Made by a program: the position numbers and the translations under genes
Notes under the pieces: model-generated
What the model saw: only the letters and a program-made list of their open reading frames with translations
Told to the model about the DNA's origin: nothing
Database searches by the model: none
DNA from: Clostridiales bacterium
GTDB taxonomy: Bacteria > Bacillota > Clostridia > Oscillospirales > CAG-272
Reading direction: 5' to 3'
DNA: 64,000 nt
NCBI GenBank assembly: GCA_012800735.1
Contig: JAAZIU010000023.1
Location: 37,622-101,621 of the forward strand
In this document: positions 1 through 9,019 of the stretch, piece by piece
Numbering within the stretch: position 1 is the first letter of the stretch
Layout: every line of letters starts with the position of its first letter

Positions 1-353
1 CGTATATGGCAAATTCTACCGCAATATTTACCTCTCTTTCATCCTCTCAGACCGGCTGCGCCGTCTTTCTCGGTTTTATAATGTCTCAGCTTATAGCAAT
101 GAACGAGACGATGAAGGACAAGAGCATATTCATGCCAAGCGTCAAGTTTAACTTTATCAACGGCGGATTCTTTCTTTTGACAGTCGCTTTTGTCGCGCTT
201 GCGATGCTCACCCCTCTCGGCTCTCCATTCGGGATTGTGCCGCTGCCTCCGGTAGGCTGGCTTTGCGCGCTGCTTCCGCCGGCGGTACTGATGCTGGTGT
301 ATGAGATATTTAAGCTGATATCAAACGTCTATTATCAGAGCAGAAATATATAA
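1..353 (+). CDS. Cation-transporting P-type ATPase, C-terminal membrane region (5' truncated by window edge)
   Basis: The frame is open from the window start. Hydrophobic helices and the pattern MLTPLGSPFGIVPLPPVGWLCALLPPAVLMLVYEIFK resemble the last helices of Ca/Mg P-type ATPases. Confidence 0.6.
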   Translation, partial: YMANSTAIFTSLSSSQTGCAVFLGFIMSQLIAMNETMKDKSIFMPSVKFNFINGGFFLLTVAFVALAMLTPLGSPFGIVPLPPVGWLCALLPPAVLMLVYEIFKLISNVYYQSRNI

Positions 354-390
354 AACAAAAAACTCCAGCAGCGGGAAATTTTCCCGCTGC
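354..390 (-). terminator. Intrinsic terminator between convergent genes
   Basis: Stem gcagcgggaa (368-377) / ttcccgctgc (381-390), with an A-run at 354-361 that reads as a U-tract on the minus strand. Confidence 0.7.
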
Positions 391-399
391 CGGTTCCGT

Positions 400-1221
400 T
401 TATTGCGGAGATTTAATCATACCGAGCAGCGCCTGATCGTAAAGCTGCCATTTATCACCTTTTTGAATCAGCGTTATGCGCTTCGGCGAATCAGAGCCTG
501 ATGAGATAAGCTCAAGCGTCGCGTAGCCCGGGCGGTCATAAGCGGCAGCCCCGGCCGTTACGGTCAGAGTATAAGGCTGAGTCGGAGCGTAGCCGTTCTC
601 CGGCGTCGCGCCGGCAAGATAAGAGCATGGAATAGATTCCTTTCCCATAAGCCTGTCGCGGAGGAACTGCCGTTCAAACGGGGTGTACGCGGCGCCTTTC
701 AGCGCTCCCAGCATCTCATGACAATCATCTTTTGAGTCTTTGTATCGGCATAGCGCGGCGACGGTCAGCGCCGCGCAGCGGAACGGGGAGCTGAGGTCGG
801 ATATCGAAAGCCCCTCAAGTTCGGCGCGGTTTTGAGGAAGCGCGCTGAAGACATATGTAAACGAGCTTTCCGAATCCTGTCTTTCTTCGACTGTTAAACC
901 TGTCCCACGCATAACCGGCGATTCCGGCTCAGACTGTTCCGCTCTGTCAGGTTCGGAAGGCTGCGCCTGCGAACCCATCCGGCGTCCGACGCCTTTTACA
1001 TCCGGCCTTCGCGCCCTGATGACATCTTTAATCTTATTTTCCGCTGTCTCCGCCGCCGTCTTCGCTTTTTCGGCGGCGGTATTCACAGCTTTTTCCGAAA
1101 GCTGCCGTCCGGCTTTGCCGATGTTCTCTTTAAGCGCGGAACCGGCGGTGTCAGCCGCTTCCTTAGTCGTATTTCTTATAACTTTACCGGCTTTCTTTAA
1201 TATATCGTCTATTGGAGCCAT
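400..1221 (-). CDS. Hypothetical protein: Lys/Ala-rich N-terminal region plus a conserved C-terminal domain (DUF6935-like)
   Basis: 273-aa ORF with an upstream RBS (gaagggaaag). The C-terminal motifs ALTVAALCRY, ERQFLRDRL and SYLAGATPENGY recall a Firmicutes DUF; the family name is from memory. Confidence 0.5.
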   Translation of the reverse strand: MAPIDDILKKAGKVIRNTTKEAADTAGSALKENIGKAGRQLSEKAVNTAAEKAKTAAETAENKIKDVIRARRPDVKGVGRRMGSQAQPSEPDRAEQSEPESPVMRGTGLTVEERQDSESSFTYVFSALPQNRAELEGLSISDLSSPFRCAALTVAALCRYKDSKDDCHEMLGALKGAAYTPFERQFLRDRLMGKESIPCSYLAGATPENGYAPTQPYTLTVTAGAAAYDRPGYATLELISSGSDSPKRITLIQKGDKWQLYDQALLGMIKSPQ

Positions 1222-1250
1222 GATTTATCTTTCCCTTCTTTAATACTGGA

Positions 1251-1277
1251 ATAAAAGACGCCGACGGCGTCTTTTAT
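1251..1277. terminator. Bidirectional-type hairpin terminator
   Basis: Perfect inverted repeat ataaaagacgcc-gac-ggcgtcttttat just after the TPM gene stop. Confidence 0.65.
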
Positions 1278-1288
1278 CATATCTTTTT

Positions 1289-2557
1289 TCAGAAACGACC
1301 GCTCGAACCGCCGTGAGTGGTGCCGGAGCTGCTGGTATGAGTTGACGAGCCGCCTCCGCCCCCGCTGCTGCTTGATGATTCGACGCGAGGCACATGGGTT
1401 ACATGTCGGTAGAGGAAGGTGTCATTTGCATTATAAAGATTGAAGCTGTCGCGGCGCATATATTGATTCGCTCTCGACTGGAAACGCCGGGTTTTCAGCT
1501 GGTTCCTCATTTTTTTGGTTATTCCGAAGGAGGGAATTAAGCCGATAAGCATCGATATCGGCAGAAACTTCCAGCTGAGAGACGGGCGCGGAAGATTGTG
1601 TATATCATAAGGATCGCCGGTCTCTGCCTTTACCAGAAACTCGTCGCAGATATTTGCGAACTCAAGGAAGGCACCGCCGTAATCTCCGCTTGAAAGATAA
1701 GGAACCACCTTATCCATTATGTATTCCTGACCTGCATCGGTAAAATAGGGAATCCCTTTGCCGGTAGTCGTGATGTGCCATTCTCTGGTATCCATCGCAA
1801 TCAGAAACATTATTCCGCTTTTGTCGCCGCCCTGACCGTAACCGTTGTAGTCGTAAAAGTCGTCGGCGTAGTCGGTTACGCCGTAGTAATCGTGCGAATC
1901 CACCGTTACAACGGCGATGTCGAAGCTGTGCTTCCGGCTGAGCTCATTGAGCTTTGCTTCAACTTCGGTGCGTTCGGTGTTCGATAGAATTCCGGCGTCA
2001 TCGACGAGCAGAGGGCGCTGTCTGTCTTCGGGAATTGTTCTTGACTCAGCGGGAGCGCCGGAGCCGGCGGCTGCGGTAAAGCCGTAATTCTGAAGCATTG
2101 CTTCAAAAGTCGAAAAGAGCTCGGCTACCGCCTCATGATAGGTTCCCGGTTCTTCATAAGCTTTAAAGAAGGCAGCCGTATCATTGTCGGTGAGCTTTTC
2201 TTCAAGGTTTTCCGTCCACCAGAGATACATGCTGTCGGATGTAACAGCCATGATAATACCGGAGTCGCCTCCGCCGTGCGAATCGTATACGCTCTTTGCG
2301 TAGCCGGCAGAATCTTCGAGAGTTACATTTGAAATGTCGAAGTAGCATTCCACCCCGTATCTGTCGTATATCGCTTGAGCCTGCGCGTCAAGCGCCGCGA
2401 AGCTTTCATCTGTGAAGTATTCGTCGCTCACCGCAAAGACATACTGTTTTTCCGCGGCAAAGGCAGGCGCTGCGGCTGAAAACGCGAGCGCAAGCAGGAG
2501 GACTGAAATAAGGATAAGCGCAGCGAAGCTGACTGACTTTCGGTTAATTCTTTTCAT
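1289..2557 (-). CDS. Membrane protein with two TPM domains and a Gly/Ser-rich C-terminal tail
   Basis: Signal peptide; second domain LLVDDAGILS...DIAVVTV...YADDFYDYNGYG...SGIMFLIAMDTREWHITTTG is a typical TPM domain, preceded by a diverged copy; one TM helix; tail SSSSSGGGGGSSTHTSSSGTTHGGSSGRF. Confidence 0.85.
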   Translation of the reverse strand: MKRINRKSVSFAALILISVLLLALAFSAAAPAFAAEKQYVFAVSDEYFTDESFAALDAQAQAIYDRYGVECYFDISNVTLEDSAGYAKSVYDSHGGGDSGIIMAVTSDSMYLWWTENLEEKLTDNDTAAFFKAYEEPGTYHEAVAELFSTFEAMLQNYGFTAAAGSGAPAESRTIPEDRQRPLLVDDAGILSNTERTEVEAKLNELSRKHSFDIAVVTVDSHDYYGVTDYADDFYDYNGYGQGGDKSGIMFLIAMDTREWHITTTGKGIPYFTDAGQEYIMDKVVPYLSSGDYGGAFLEFANICDEFLVKAETGDPYDIHNLPRPSLSWKFLPISMLIGLIPSFGITKKMRNQLKTRRFQSRANQYMRRDSFNLYNANDTFLYRHVTHVPRVESSSSSGGGGGSSTHTSSSGTTHGGSSGRF

Positions 2558-2570
2558 CTCAGTTTCCTCC

Positions 2571-3677
2571 TTATAGAATAAATTTAACCAGCAGCCAAAG
2601 GACGGCGAAGATGCCTATGCCAAAAGCTATTGCTATACCTAACAGGTACAGAAAGTGTTTCAGCTTGTCCATCGGCAGGTCGTCGCCGACGAATTTTCCG
2701 GTCTGACCGTTCATGGCGAAGGTGTAACGCTTGCCGTTATAGATGGTATTCAAAAGCCATACCGGGTATAGCGCGTAGTGATAAGTTCCGTTGTCAAACT
2801 GAACATAGGAGCTTTCAACCACGACTCCGCCGTAGTCCTTTGTAGTCGTCTTGAAGATGTCTTCGGTACTCTTTTTAATCCGTTCATTTGCGCGTTCAAT
2901 CGTTTCTTCGGCCGTGACGTCGTATTTGTCGGCGAAGAAACCGGAAAGATAGGCGGTGTTGAAATCGACGGCTTCGCTGAAATCGTAAGGTTCAAGCGAC
3001 TCCATCAGGTCATCCGCCATCTTTTTCGAACCGTCTACCGGAACAAGATCGAAGGAGACGGATCCGGTGCGGTCGAGGGCGAAATACTCGGTGGATGTCC
3101 AGTCCTCACCGCTCGAATACCAGCTTTTGGTTTTGGTTCCCTTGTATTTTATGTCAGCGTATATATCGGCATTGAAGAGCCAGAAGGGAACGTAGATGCC
3201 CTTTATCTCATCAATGTGATTTGCGTCCTTGAAGATTTTTGGCAAAAGTGTTTTGCCTTTATAGAAATTAAGCAGATTTGTTTTAGCGGCATTTTTGTCC
3301 AGCTTGAACGGAATGACGAAATCCGGTCGGAGAGCTCCGGTGAAATTTGTCATCATTATCGCGTGGTTGCCGCAGTAGGGGCAGGAAGATGCTCCGGTGT
3401 TGGCGTCGCCGATAATTTCGCCGGCGCAGGAATTGCAAATATAGACCCGCATCCCCTCCTCTTCGCCTTCCCGCCATTCGTTTCCGGCAGTACCTGTCCA
3501 GTACATCTGATCCGGCCGCTCGTTTGCAAGCTGAGCGTCGTGGTTTCTGAGGGTTTCGATATCAAATTCGGTGTCGCAGTAAGGACACTTCATTTTTTGT
3601 ATCGCGCTGTCAAACTCTACCGCGCCGCCGCAGTTAGGGCATTTATATTCGTATACGTTGGTATCCGGACGATCCAA
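2571..3677 (-). CDS. Double zinc-ribbon membrane-anchored protein
   Basis: CPNCGG...CPYCD and CNSCAG...CPYCG CxxC pairs; C-terminal TM helix; TTG start after the RBS aaaggag. This family commonly sits beside TPM genes. Confidence 0.8.
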   Translation of the reverse strand: MDRPDTNVYEYKCPNCGGAVEFDSAIQKMKCPYCDTEFDIETLRNHDAQLANERPDQMYWTGTAGNEWREGEEEGMRVYICNSCAGEIIGDANTGASSCPYCGNHAIMMTNFTGALRPDFVIPFKLDKNAAKTNLLNFYKGKTLLPKIFKDANHIDEIKGIYVPFWLFNADIYADIKYKGTKTKSWYSSGEDWTSTEYFALDRTGSVSFDLVPVDGSKKMADDLMESLEPYDFSEAVDFNTAYLSGFFADKYDVTAEETIERANERIKKSTEDIFKTTTKDYGGVVVESSYVQFDNGTYHYALYPVWLLNTIYNGKRYTFAMNGQTGKFVGDDLPMDKLKHFLYLLGIAIAFGIGIFAVLWLLVKFIL

Positions 3678-3754
3678 GTTAACTCATCTCCTTTGCAATA
3701 ATATGTTTAGAATGTCAGCTTACATCCGGCAAGCCGGCAGTCAGACCGGCAGGT

Positions 3755-5200
3755 TTAGCCTTCAATTTTTATATATACAGTATAATCAGTGCCGTTGCCG
3801 GGATAGCTATATTCTCTTTGACAAGCTGCATCGAGATAAACATTTCCGGTATCTTCAACGGCTTCAATCGGGAGATACTCCCAGTTATAAGGCACCGATA
3901 CCCGATACTCGTATTTGTTTGGCGCGTCGGTGTCGCCGGTTATGTAAATCACGGTGACTGTCCTCAGCGCCAGATTCCAGCAGTCTATATAAGCGCTGTC
4001 ATCCACATTGACATTGTATTCATGTGATGTATTACCGCAATCAAACACCATGTCATAAATCCCGGTTGCTTCACCGTTATCGGAGTAATCCTGATAACCG
4101 TAGAAAGCGCACCATTCGGTCTTCCGACATAAAAGCGTTGAAGTGTCAATTGTATAGCGATAGCATTCGAATCCTTCTTTACCAAGTACAAAGGCGCCGT
4201 AAATAGATTCTTCGCCGTTCTCGCTTTCAAGGTAAAGGGTTTCGTTTATAATCATCGATTCCGAACCGAGTTCTGCGCAGAAGTCAGTTCCGCCTCTTAA
4301 GTCGGAATAAGCGAATATTCTATTGTTGGTCGACGCATCTTTCTTGTAAACGAAATTATTGAAAATCCCGTTGACTGCGCTTGTGCCGTCGCTGTATTTT
4401 GTTCTTGACAGCATACAAGTTGAGTTATTTCTCAGGTAATATAAAGTCACGGTATTTCTGTCGGGGGATTCGCTTACCGACTTAATTGAATTCCGCCGTC
4501 TGAGCAGAGTTTCAAGAATGTTTGTCTGACTGAGCTTTTCTGTTTCATCAGTTGCGTCGGGTATATATACGCTGATTTTATTTATTACATATGTCGGGCG
4601 GTATTGCTTCAAAGCTTTGCTTACCTTTACATTGTTCGGGCGGAATATGAAATTGTAATTGTAAACTACCGGCTCGTCGGAGACATACAGGGTAAGTTCG
4701 GCTGCTATCTCGCGGATTCCGACATATTCGGCTTTAAGTTCAACGGTCTTGTCAAGCAGGTTGTCGGCGAAGGCGATATGATAAGGGAAGTAAAAAACAT
4801 TGCCTATAAGTCCGCCTAAATATCCTTCCTCGACGACGCCGCAGTCAAAAAACCGCTGAGGGCAGTCCAGCATATTTCCTCCGGGGAAAACCGCCTCCTG
4901 AAATCCGGCGGCTTCCCGCGCGGTCAGATAGTCGGTCCCGGTCTCCAGATATCGGTAGACGGTGTACCACCCCATCGCATCCCACATCTTTTCCGGAGTC
5001 TTGACAGCGTCGATGTCGCTGACGCCCACATAAGCGTTTGACAGCGCAAAGACATAGGGGAGAACGGTTCTGAAAAATTTGCGCTGCGGTGCCGTCATTC
5101 CGTCATCGGTATTCCCTTCGGCAAAAACAGAAAGTCCGGCGGATACAGCCATGAGTAAAACTAAAATCAGAGAGAGAAATCTTCTTGTGATTTTTGACAT
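3755..5200 (-). CDS. Secreted hypothetical protein (paralog of 5299..6921)
   Basis: 481-aa ORF with an N-terminal signal peptide and RBS gaaaggac. It shares blocks VFALS, W-A-GWYT, DCP and a terminal Y-YPG motif with its neighbour. Confidence 0.75.
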   Translation of the reverse strand: MSKITRRFLSLILVLLMAVSAGLSVFAEGNTDDGMTAPQRKFFRTVLPYVFALSNAYVGVSDIDAVKTPEKMWDAMGWYTVYRYLETGTDYLTAREAAGFQEAVFPGGNMLDCPQRFFDCGVVEEGYLGGLIGNVFYFPYHIAFADNLLDKTVELKAEYVGIREIAAELTLYVSDEPVVYNYNFIFRPNNVKVSKALKQYRPTYVINKISVYIPDATDETEKLSQTNILETLLRRRNSIKSVSESPDRNTVTLYYLRNNSTCMLSRTKYSDGTSAVNGIFNNFVYKKDASTNNRIFAYSDLRGGTDFCAELGSESMIINETLYLESENGEESIYGAFVLGKEGFECYRYTIDTSTLLCRKTEWCAFYGYQDYSDNGEATGIYDMVFDCGNTSHEYNVNVDDSAYIDCWNLALRTVTVIYITGDTDAPNKYEYRVSVPYNWEYLPIEAVEDTGNVYLDAACQREYSYPGNGTDYTVYIKIEG

Positions 5201-5298
5201 ATAACAGGTTGTCCTTTCGGTGTTCTTGTATGGTTTTGATTTTATATCAAGCCGTGGCGGCCGTTACAACGACAGCGGATACCTTAAAATAATCAGGT

Positions 5299-6921
5299 TT
5301 AACCCATTCCGTAAGACGCCCAGATTTCGTAGTTTTTGTTGTCGCCGGGATATTCGTATCTTTTGGTCAGTCCTTCGTTTGAGTAGACCTGTTCGGGGAT
5401 AAATCCGTAGGGGAGGAATTCCCATGTTTTCGGGATTTTATATGTCTCTTTAAAGCTGTCGTCAGCGGAGACATAGTTCACCGTCACCTCTCGGGTGTTG
5501 TTATCGAGTTCATTGAAATATTTAGTAAAGTAAGTTACGAATTCCTCGTCAAGCTCATCATTGTAGTAGCAGGTAAGCTCGGTGAAGTATTGAGATTCGA
5601 CTTCGGTACCGGGAGAGAATACCGAATAGGTTTTTACAAACTGAATCAGCTTGCTTTCGGCATCGAGTTCGATGATGACATAATTCGTATATTCGGCATC
5701 CTCGTATTCGGTAAAATAGGAAAGTTCAAGCGTCCCGTGATCGGTATATATCGCCCAGACATCAATTCCCGCTTCAAGCGGCTCGGAGAGGTAAAAGTTG
5801 AGAACGTTGTCGTATTGCCATTCCGGCGCTTCGGTAGCTGCTTCAATTGTGCAGAGCATTCTGTCATACTCATAGTCATGCCAATAACTGCAGCCGCGGT
5901 AATATCCGCTCCAGTATTCACCTTCATAAAGATCCGTCGAAAGGAAGGATACCGCAAGCCATCCGTTTCTTCGTTCAAAATACGCTTCTTGATAGTATCC
6001 CGCTCCGCCTTCCGGCATATCTTCGTAGTTGACGGAAGATTCGGAGTAATCGATATATAACCGGTTTCCGTCGGCAAAACAGATGCGCTGCATATTGTTG
6101 ATATCGACGTACTCCTGAAGCTCATCCGCAGAAGCGAGATAATATTCGCTCTCGTAATAGTCGTCTTCAAGCGAAGGCAAAGTATAGTTTAGAAGGGTAT
6201 ACGGCGGGTTGTCGCCGGATTCTTCAAAAAACCATTCATAGTCGGCGGTGTAAATTCCCTCGCCGTCGAGGATTTCAAAAATGTGCGAATAGACTGCATA
6301 ACCATCCGTTTCGATGGCGAACTGCATTGTGCCTTCGTCGCCGAAATAGTCCTCCATCGAGTAGCAGAAGCCGGGAAAGCTGTATGTTGCGACTCTCTTC
6401 TCGATATATCCTCCGTCGATGTAATCGTCCGGACAGTCGATAAATTCATCGGAACCGGTGAAAAGCTTAGTCAGAATACCGATAGTATCCTTTGAAAGCT
6501 CAACAGTTCCGTCAGCCATATAAAGATAGCCGGTATACCAGCCCAAAGCTTCCCAAAGGGTGTATGGATCCGACAGCGGATAATACTCAACAACCGAATA
6601 GTTTGTAAACGAGAGGGCGAAGACAGCCGGGCAGATATACTGCAAAAAAACAGAGTCGCTGTTTACATCCGGTTCTTCATCATCCGGCGCGTCTGGGGAG
6701 TTTATCGGAGTTACCGTTTCGGCGGACGTGGTATCAATATCGACCGTAAGTGTGGTTTCGGGGGCATCGGTTTCAGCGCTTGTAGTTTCCTCTGAATTGT
6801 TGCTCTTTATAATTTTAATCATTGCGGAAACTATATCCTTTGCGCTTGCGCAGCCGAAAAATGAGAAAAAGCAGCAAGCTGCGAGCAGCAGCGCGGCTAT
6901 TCTGCGGAGGGTTTTTTTCAT
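5299..6921 (-). CDS. Acidic secreted protein or lipoprotein of unknown function
   Basis: 540-aa ORF; signal peptide ending FFGC (possible lipobox); Thr/Glu/Pro linker; RBS gaaaggag. Confidence 0.75.
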   Translation of the reverse strand: MKKTLRRIAALLLAACCFFSFFGCASAKDIVSAMIKIIKSNNSEETTSAETDAPETTLTVDIDTTSAETVTPINSPDAPDDEEPDVNSDSVFLQYICPAVFALSFTNYSVVEYYPLSDPYTLWEALGWYTGYLYMADGTVELSKDTIGILTKLFTGSDEFIDCPDDYIDGGYIEKRVATYSFPGFCYSMEDYFGDEGTMQFAIETDGYAVYSHIFEILDGEGIYTADYEWFFEESGDNPPYTLLNYTLPSLEDDYYESEYYLASADELQEYVDINNMQRICFADGNRLYIDYSESSVNYEDMPEGGAGYYQEAYFERRNGWLAVSFLSTDLYEGEYWSGYYRGCSYWHDYEYDRMLCTIEAATEAPEWQYDNVLNFYLSEPLEAGIDVWAIYTDHGTLELSYFTEYEDAEYTNYVIIELDAESKLIQFVKTYSVFSPGTEVESQYFTELTCYYNDELDEEFVTYFTKYFNELDNNTREVTVNYVSADDSFKETYKIPKTWEFLPYGFIPEQVYSNEGLTKRYEYPGDNKNYEIWASYGMG

Positions 6922-7096
6922 CGGGAATTGCTCCTTTCGCTTTTTAAAGCTTAAAAGTCAGGAATAAAATGACTTTTTTAAAAAACAATCATATATATTA
7001 TACTACTAAACAGGCTGATAATACAATAGCAGAAGGTTCATGTATCAAAAAATTAACAATTACTTTTGTTTTTAAAACAAAAAAAGCAGCCTGTTA

Positions 7097-7133
7097 AAAC
7101 AAAAAACTCCCCGAAACCGAGAGGTTTCGGGGA
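7097..7133 (-). terminator. tRNA terminator
   Basis: Stem ccccgaaacc-gaga-ggtttcgggg (7109-7132) followed on the minus strand by a U-rich tract. Confidence 0.8.
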
Positions 7134-7134
7134 T

Positions 7135-7212
7135 TGGCGCGTCTGGAGGGATTCGAACCCCCGACCTACCGGTTCGTAGCCGGGCACTCTATCCGGGCTG
7201 AGCTACAGACGC
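7135..7212 (-). tRNA. tRNA-Arg (ACG), CCA encoded
   Basis: Reverse complement GCGTCTGTAGCTCAGCCCGGATAGAGTGCCCGGCTACGAACCGGTAGGTCGGGGGTTCGAATCCCTCCAGACGCGCCA folds as a cloverleaf with anticodon loop CT-ACG-AA and a GTTCGAATC T-loop. Confidence 0.97.
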
Positions 7213-7239
7213 AGGGGCGCTCAAACAAGCGCGATATAT

Positions 7240-7268
7240 ATTATACCTCATTTCAATTCGTTTGTCAA
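7240..7268 (-). promoter_or_regulatory. Sigma-A promoter of tRNA-Arg
   Basis: Perfect TTGACA-17bp-TATAAT on the minus strand. Confidence 0.85.
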
Positions 7269-7359
7269 GGGTTTTTGCGAAATTTATGGTTTTGCGCGGA
7301 ATGATGTGCGTGATACTATACCGGATTTAAACTGTTTACCGGAAAAACAGCGCGGAATT

Positions 7360-8436
7360 CTATCTCCTTCCTCGTCCGGCTCCGCCGCCGCGGGTAGACC
7401 CGCCGCTGAAACCGCCGCTTCGGCTTCCGCCGCTGCCGCGAGAGCCTCCGGAAGAACGACCGGAACTCCCCGATGAGCGACCGGCGCCGCCTGTAGGACG
7501 GCGTCCCCCGAAGCTTGAGCCTCCGCGGGAAGAGCTGCTGCTGTTGCGACCGCTTCCACCGAAGCCGCTTCCGCCGAAACCGCTTCCGCCGCCGCTGCCA
7601 TGCCAGCCGCCGCTATATCCTCCGCCGTCGCCGCAACAGAAAAGCGGCCAGCAGCAACCTCCGTAACTGTTGGCATTTGAACAGAATAAACCGCGGCTGC
7701 AGGAGGACAAGACCCGGATGATAATTATCAGCGCAATAACAGTCCAAATAATAACGAATATACTGCCGAATCCTCCGAATAAACCGCCGAAAAAATCTCT
7801 TATTCGGTCGGCGAAGGTATAGCTGTAATCATTTTCCGGAGTTCCGTAATAATTTTCCTCCGCAGCGGTTTCTATCAGCTTTGTTTTGCCGGAAAACGCA
7901 ATGTCATTCGGCAGCTCTCCGGAAAAACCGTAGATTCCGGCAAGCTTTTTATATACGGCTTCCGCAAAACCTCTTGCCGCCCCGTCGTAATCCTTGGCGG
8001 CAAAATAAGGCTCGACAAATTCGTCAAGAACAGTTCCGAGCTCTCCGGAGGTAAGGCTGTCTTCCAGCCCCTTACCCTGCACCGTCCAGTAATCGTCCTC
8101 GGCGGCGCTCATCAGGAACAGAACTCCTCTGTTATATTCGCCGTCACCGATGCCCCAGTCATTGAAGCAGCGTTTTGCATACTCCGCGATGTCCTCTCCG
8201 CCGATTCCGGTGAATAAGGCGATAACCGTCTGACCGCGGCAATTATTATAAAGCGCGTCGTTCAGCGCGATAAGATATTCACGGGTCTCGGCGGTTATCA
8301 GTCCGGTGTCGTCGTAAACGGCGGAATTATCCGGTTTTTCGGGGACGGAATAAGCAGACAGCGGCGCCGCCGACGCCGACAGGAGCAGCAGGAAAACGAC
8401 GAAAACAAGCAGTCTGTTTTTATGTTGTCTCGTCAT
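7360..8436 (-). CDS. TPM domain membrane protein with a Cys-rich juxtamembrane segment and a Gly-rich tail
   Basis: VYDDTGLIT...FNDWGIGDGEYNRGVLFLMS...GKGLE TPM signature; TM helix; tail ending GGFSGGSTRGGGAGRGRR. Overlaps the lemA-like stop by 4 nt. Confidence 0.88.
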   Translation of the reverse strand: MTRQHKNRLLVFVVFLLLLSASAAPLSAYSVPEKPDNSAVYDDTGLITAETREYLIALNDALYNNCRGQTVIALFTGIGGEDIAEYAKRCFNDWGIGDGEYNRGVLFLMSAAEDDYWTVQGKGLEDSLTSGELGTVLDEFVEPYFAAKDYDGAARGFAEAVYKKLAGIYGFSGELPNDIAFSGKTKLIETAAEENYYGTPENDYSYTFADRIRDFFGGLFGGFGSIFVIIWTVIALIIIIRVLSSCSRGLFCSNANSYGGCCWPLFCCGDGGGYSGGWHGSGGGSGFGGSGFGGSGRNSSSSSRGGSSFGGRRPTGGAGRSSGSSGRSSGGSRGSGGSRSGGFSGGSTRGGGAGRGRR

Positions 8437-8996
8437 TCAAACAACTCGGCTTTTTTTACCCCTACCAGCAAGCCGATATAGCGGGCGGGGAATTTATTTA
8501 CCTTCTTGTTATACTCTGCGGCCAGTTCGTTGTATTTGTCGCCTTGAATAGTAAGAATACGGCTGTGAATGTCGGTATAACATTGTTTTATCAGCTTGGC
8601 CTGCGTCTCGCCGAGTCGTTCATCGTCAACCGCTTCGGCGTATAGTCTGTCGGAGGCGTATGTCAGCGCCGTATAGGCGGCGTGCTTCTCATTTATGGTT
8701 TCAGCGCTGTCAAGCGCTTTTCGCGCCTGCCTTACCGCTTTGACATTGTCTGTTTCTCCGATTGCCTGTTCCGCCAAAGCAGCCATGTTCCAGGCGGTTT
8801 CGCCTAATTTCGAAAGGTCGGTCGAAATTGAAAAGCCGTCGCCGTAAGCGCCGTTTTTAAAGGCTTTTGCGACCTTTATATATTCCGGCATTAACCACCG
8901 CAGACACCCGAGCATCAGGGCAAGGATTATCAGCGCGATCATAATAGCTATTCCCGCGCCGCGGCTGAGGTTTATTTCTGACAAACGTTTCTTCAT
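8433..8996 (-). CDS. LemA-like protein
   Basis: N-terminal TM helix, helical body and C-terminal YNELAAEYNKKVNKFPARYIGLLVGVKKAELF, the LemA C-terminal pattern; coupled to a TPM gene. Confidence 0.75.
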   Translation of the reverse strand: MKKRLSEINLSRGAGIAIMIALIILALMLGCLRWLMPEYIKVAKAFKNGAYGDGFSISTDLSKLGETAWNMAALAEQAIGETDNVKAVRQARKALDSAETINEKHAAYTALTYASDRLYAEAVDDERLGETQAKLIKQCYTDIHSRILTIQGDKYNELAAEYNKKVNKFPARYIGLLVGVKKAELFE

Positions 8997-9019
8997 TTAG
9001 AGATTATTTCCTTATTATA

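Noticed and set aside
2778-3701. 307-aa plus-strand ORF
   Set aside because: Antisense shadow of the zinc-ribbon gene; no RBS or recognisable motifs.
7135-7212. tRNA-Arg as an integration site for the adjacent secreted-protein genes
   Set aside because: No duplicated tRNA 3' end, integrase or compositional break was seen.
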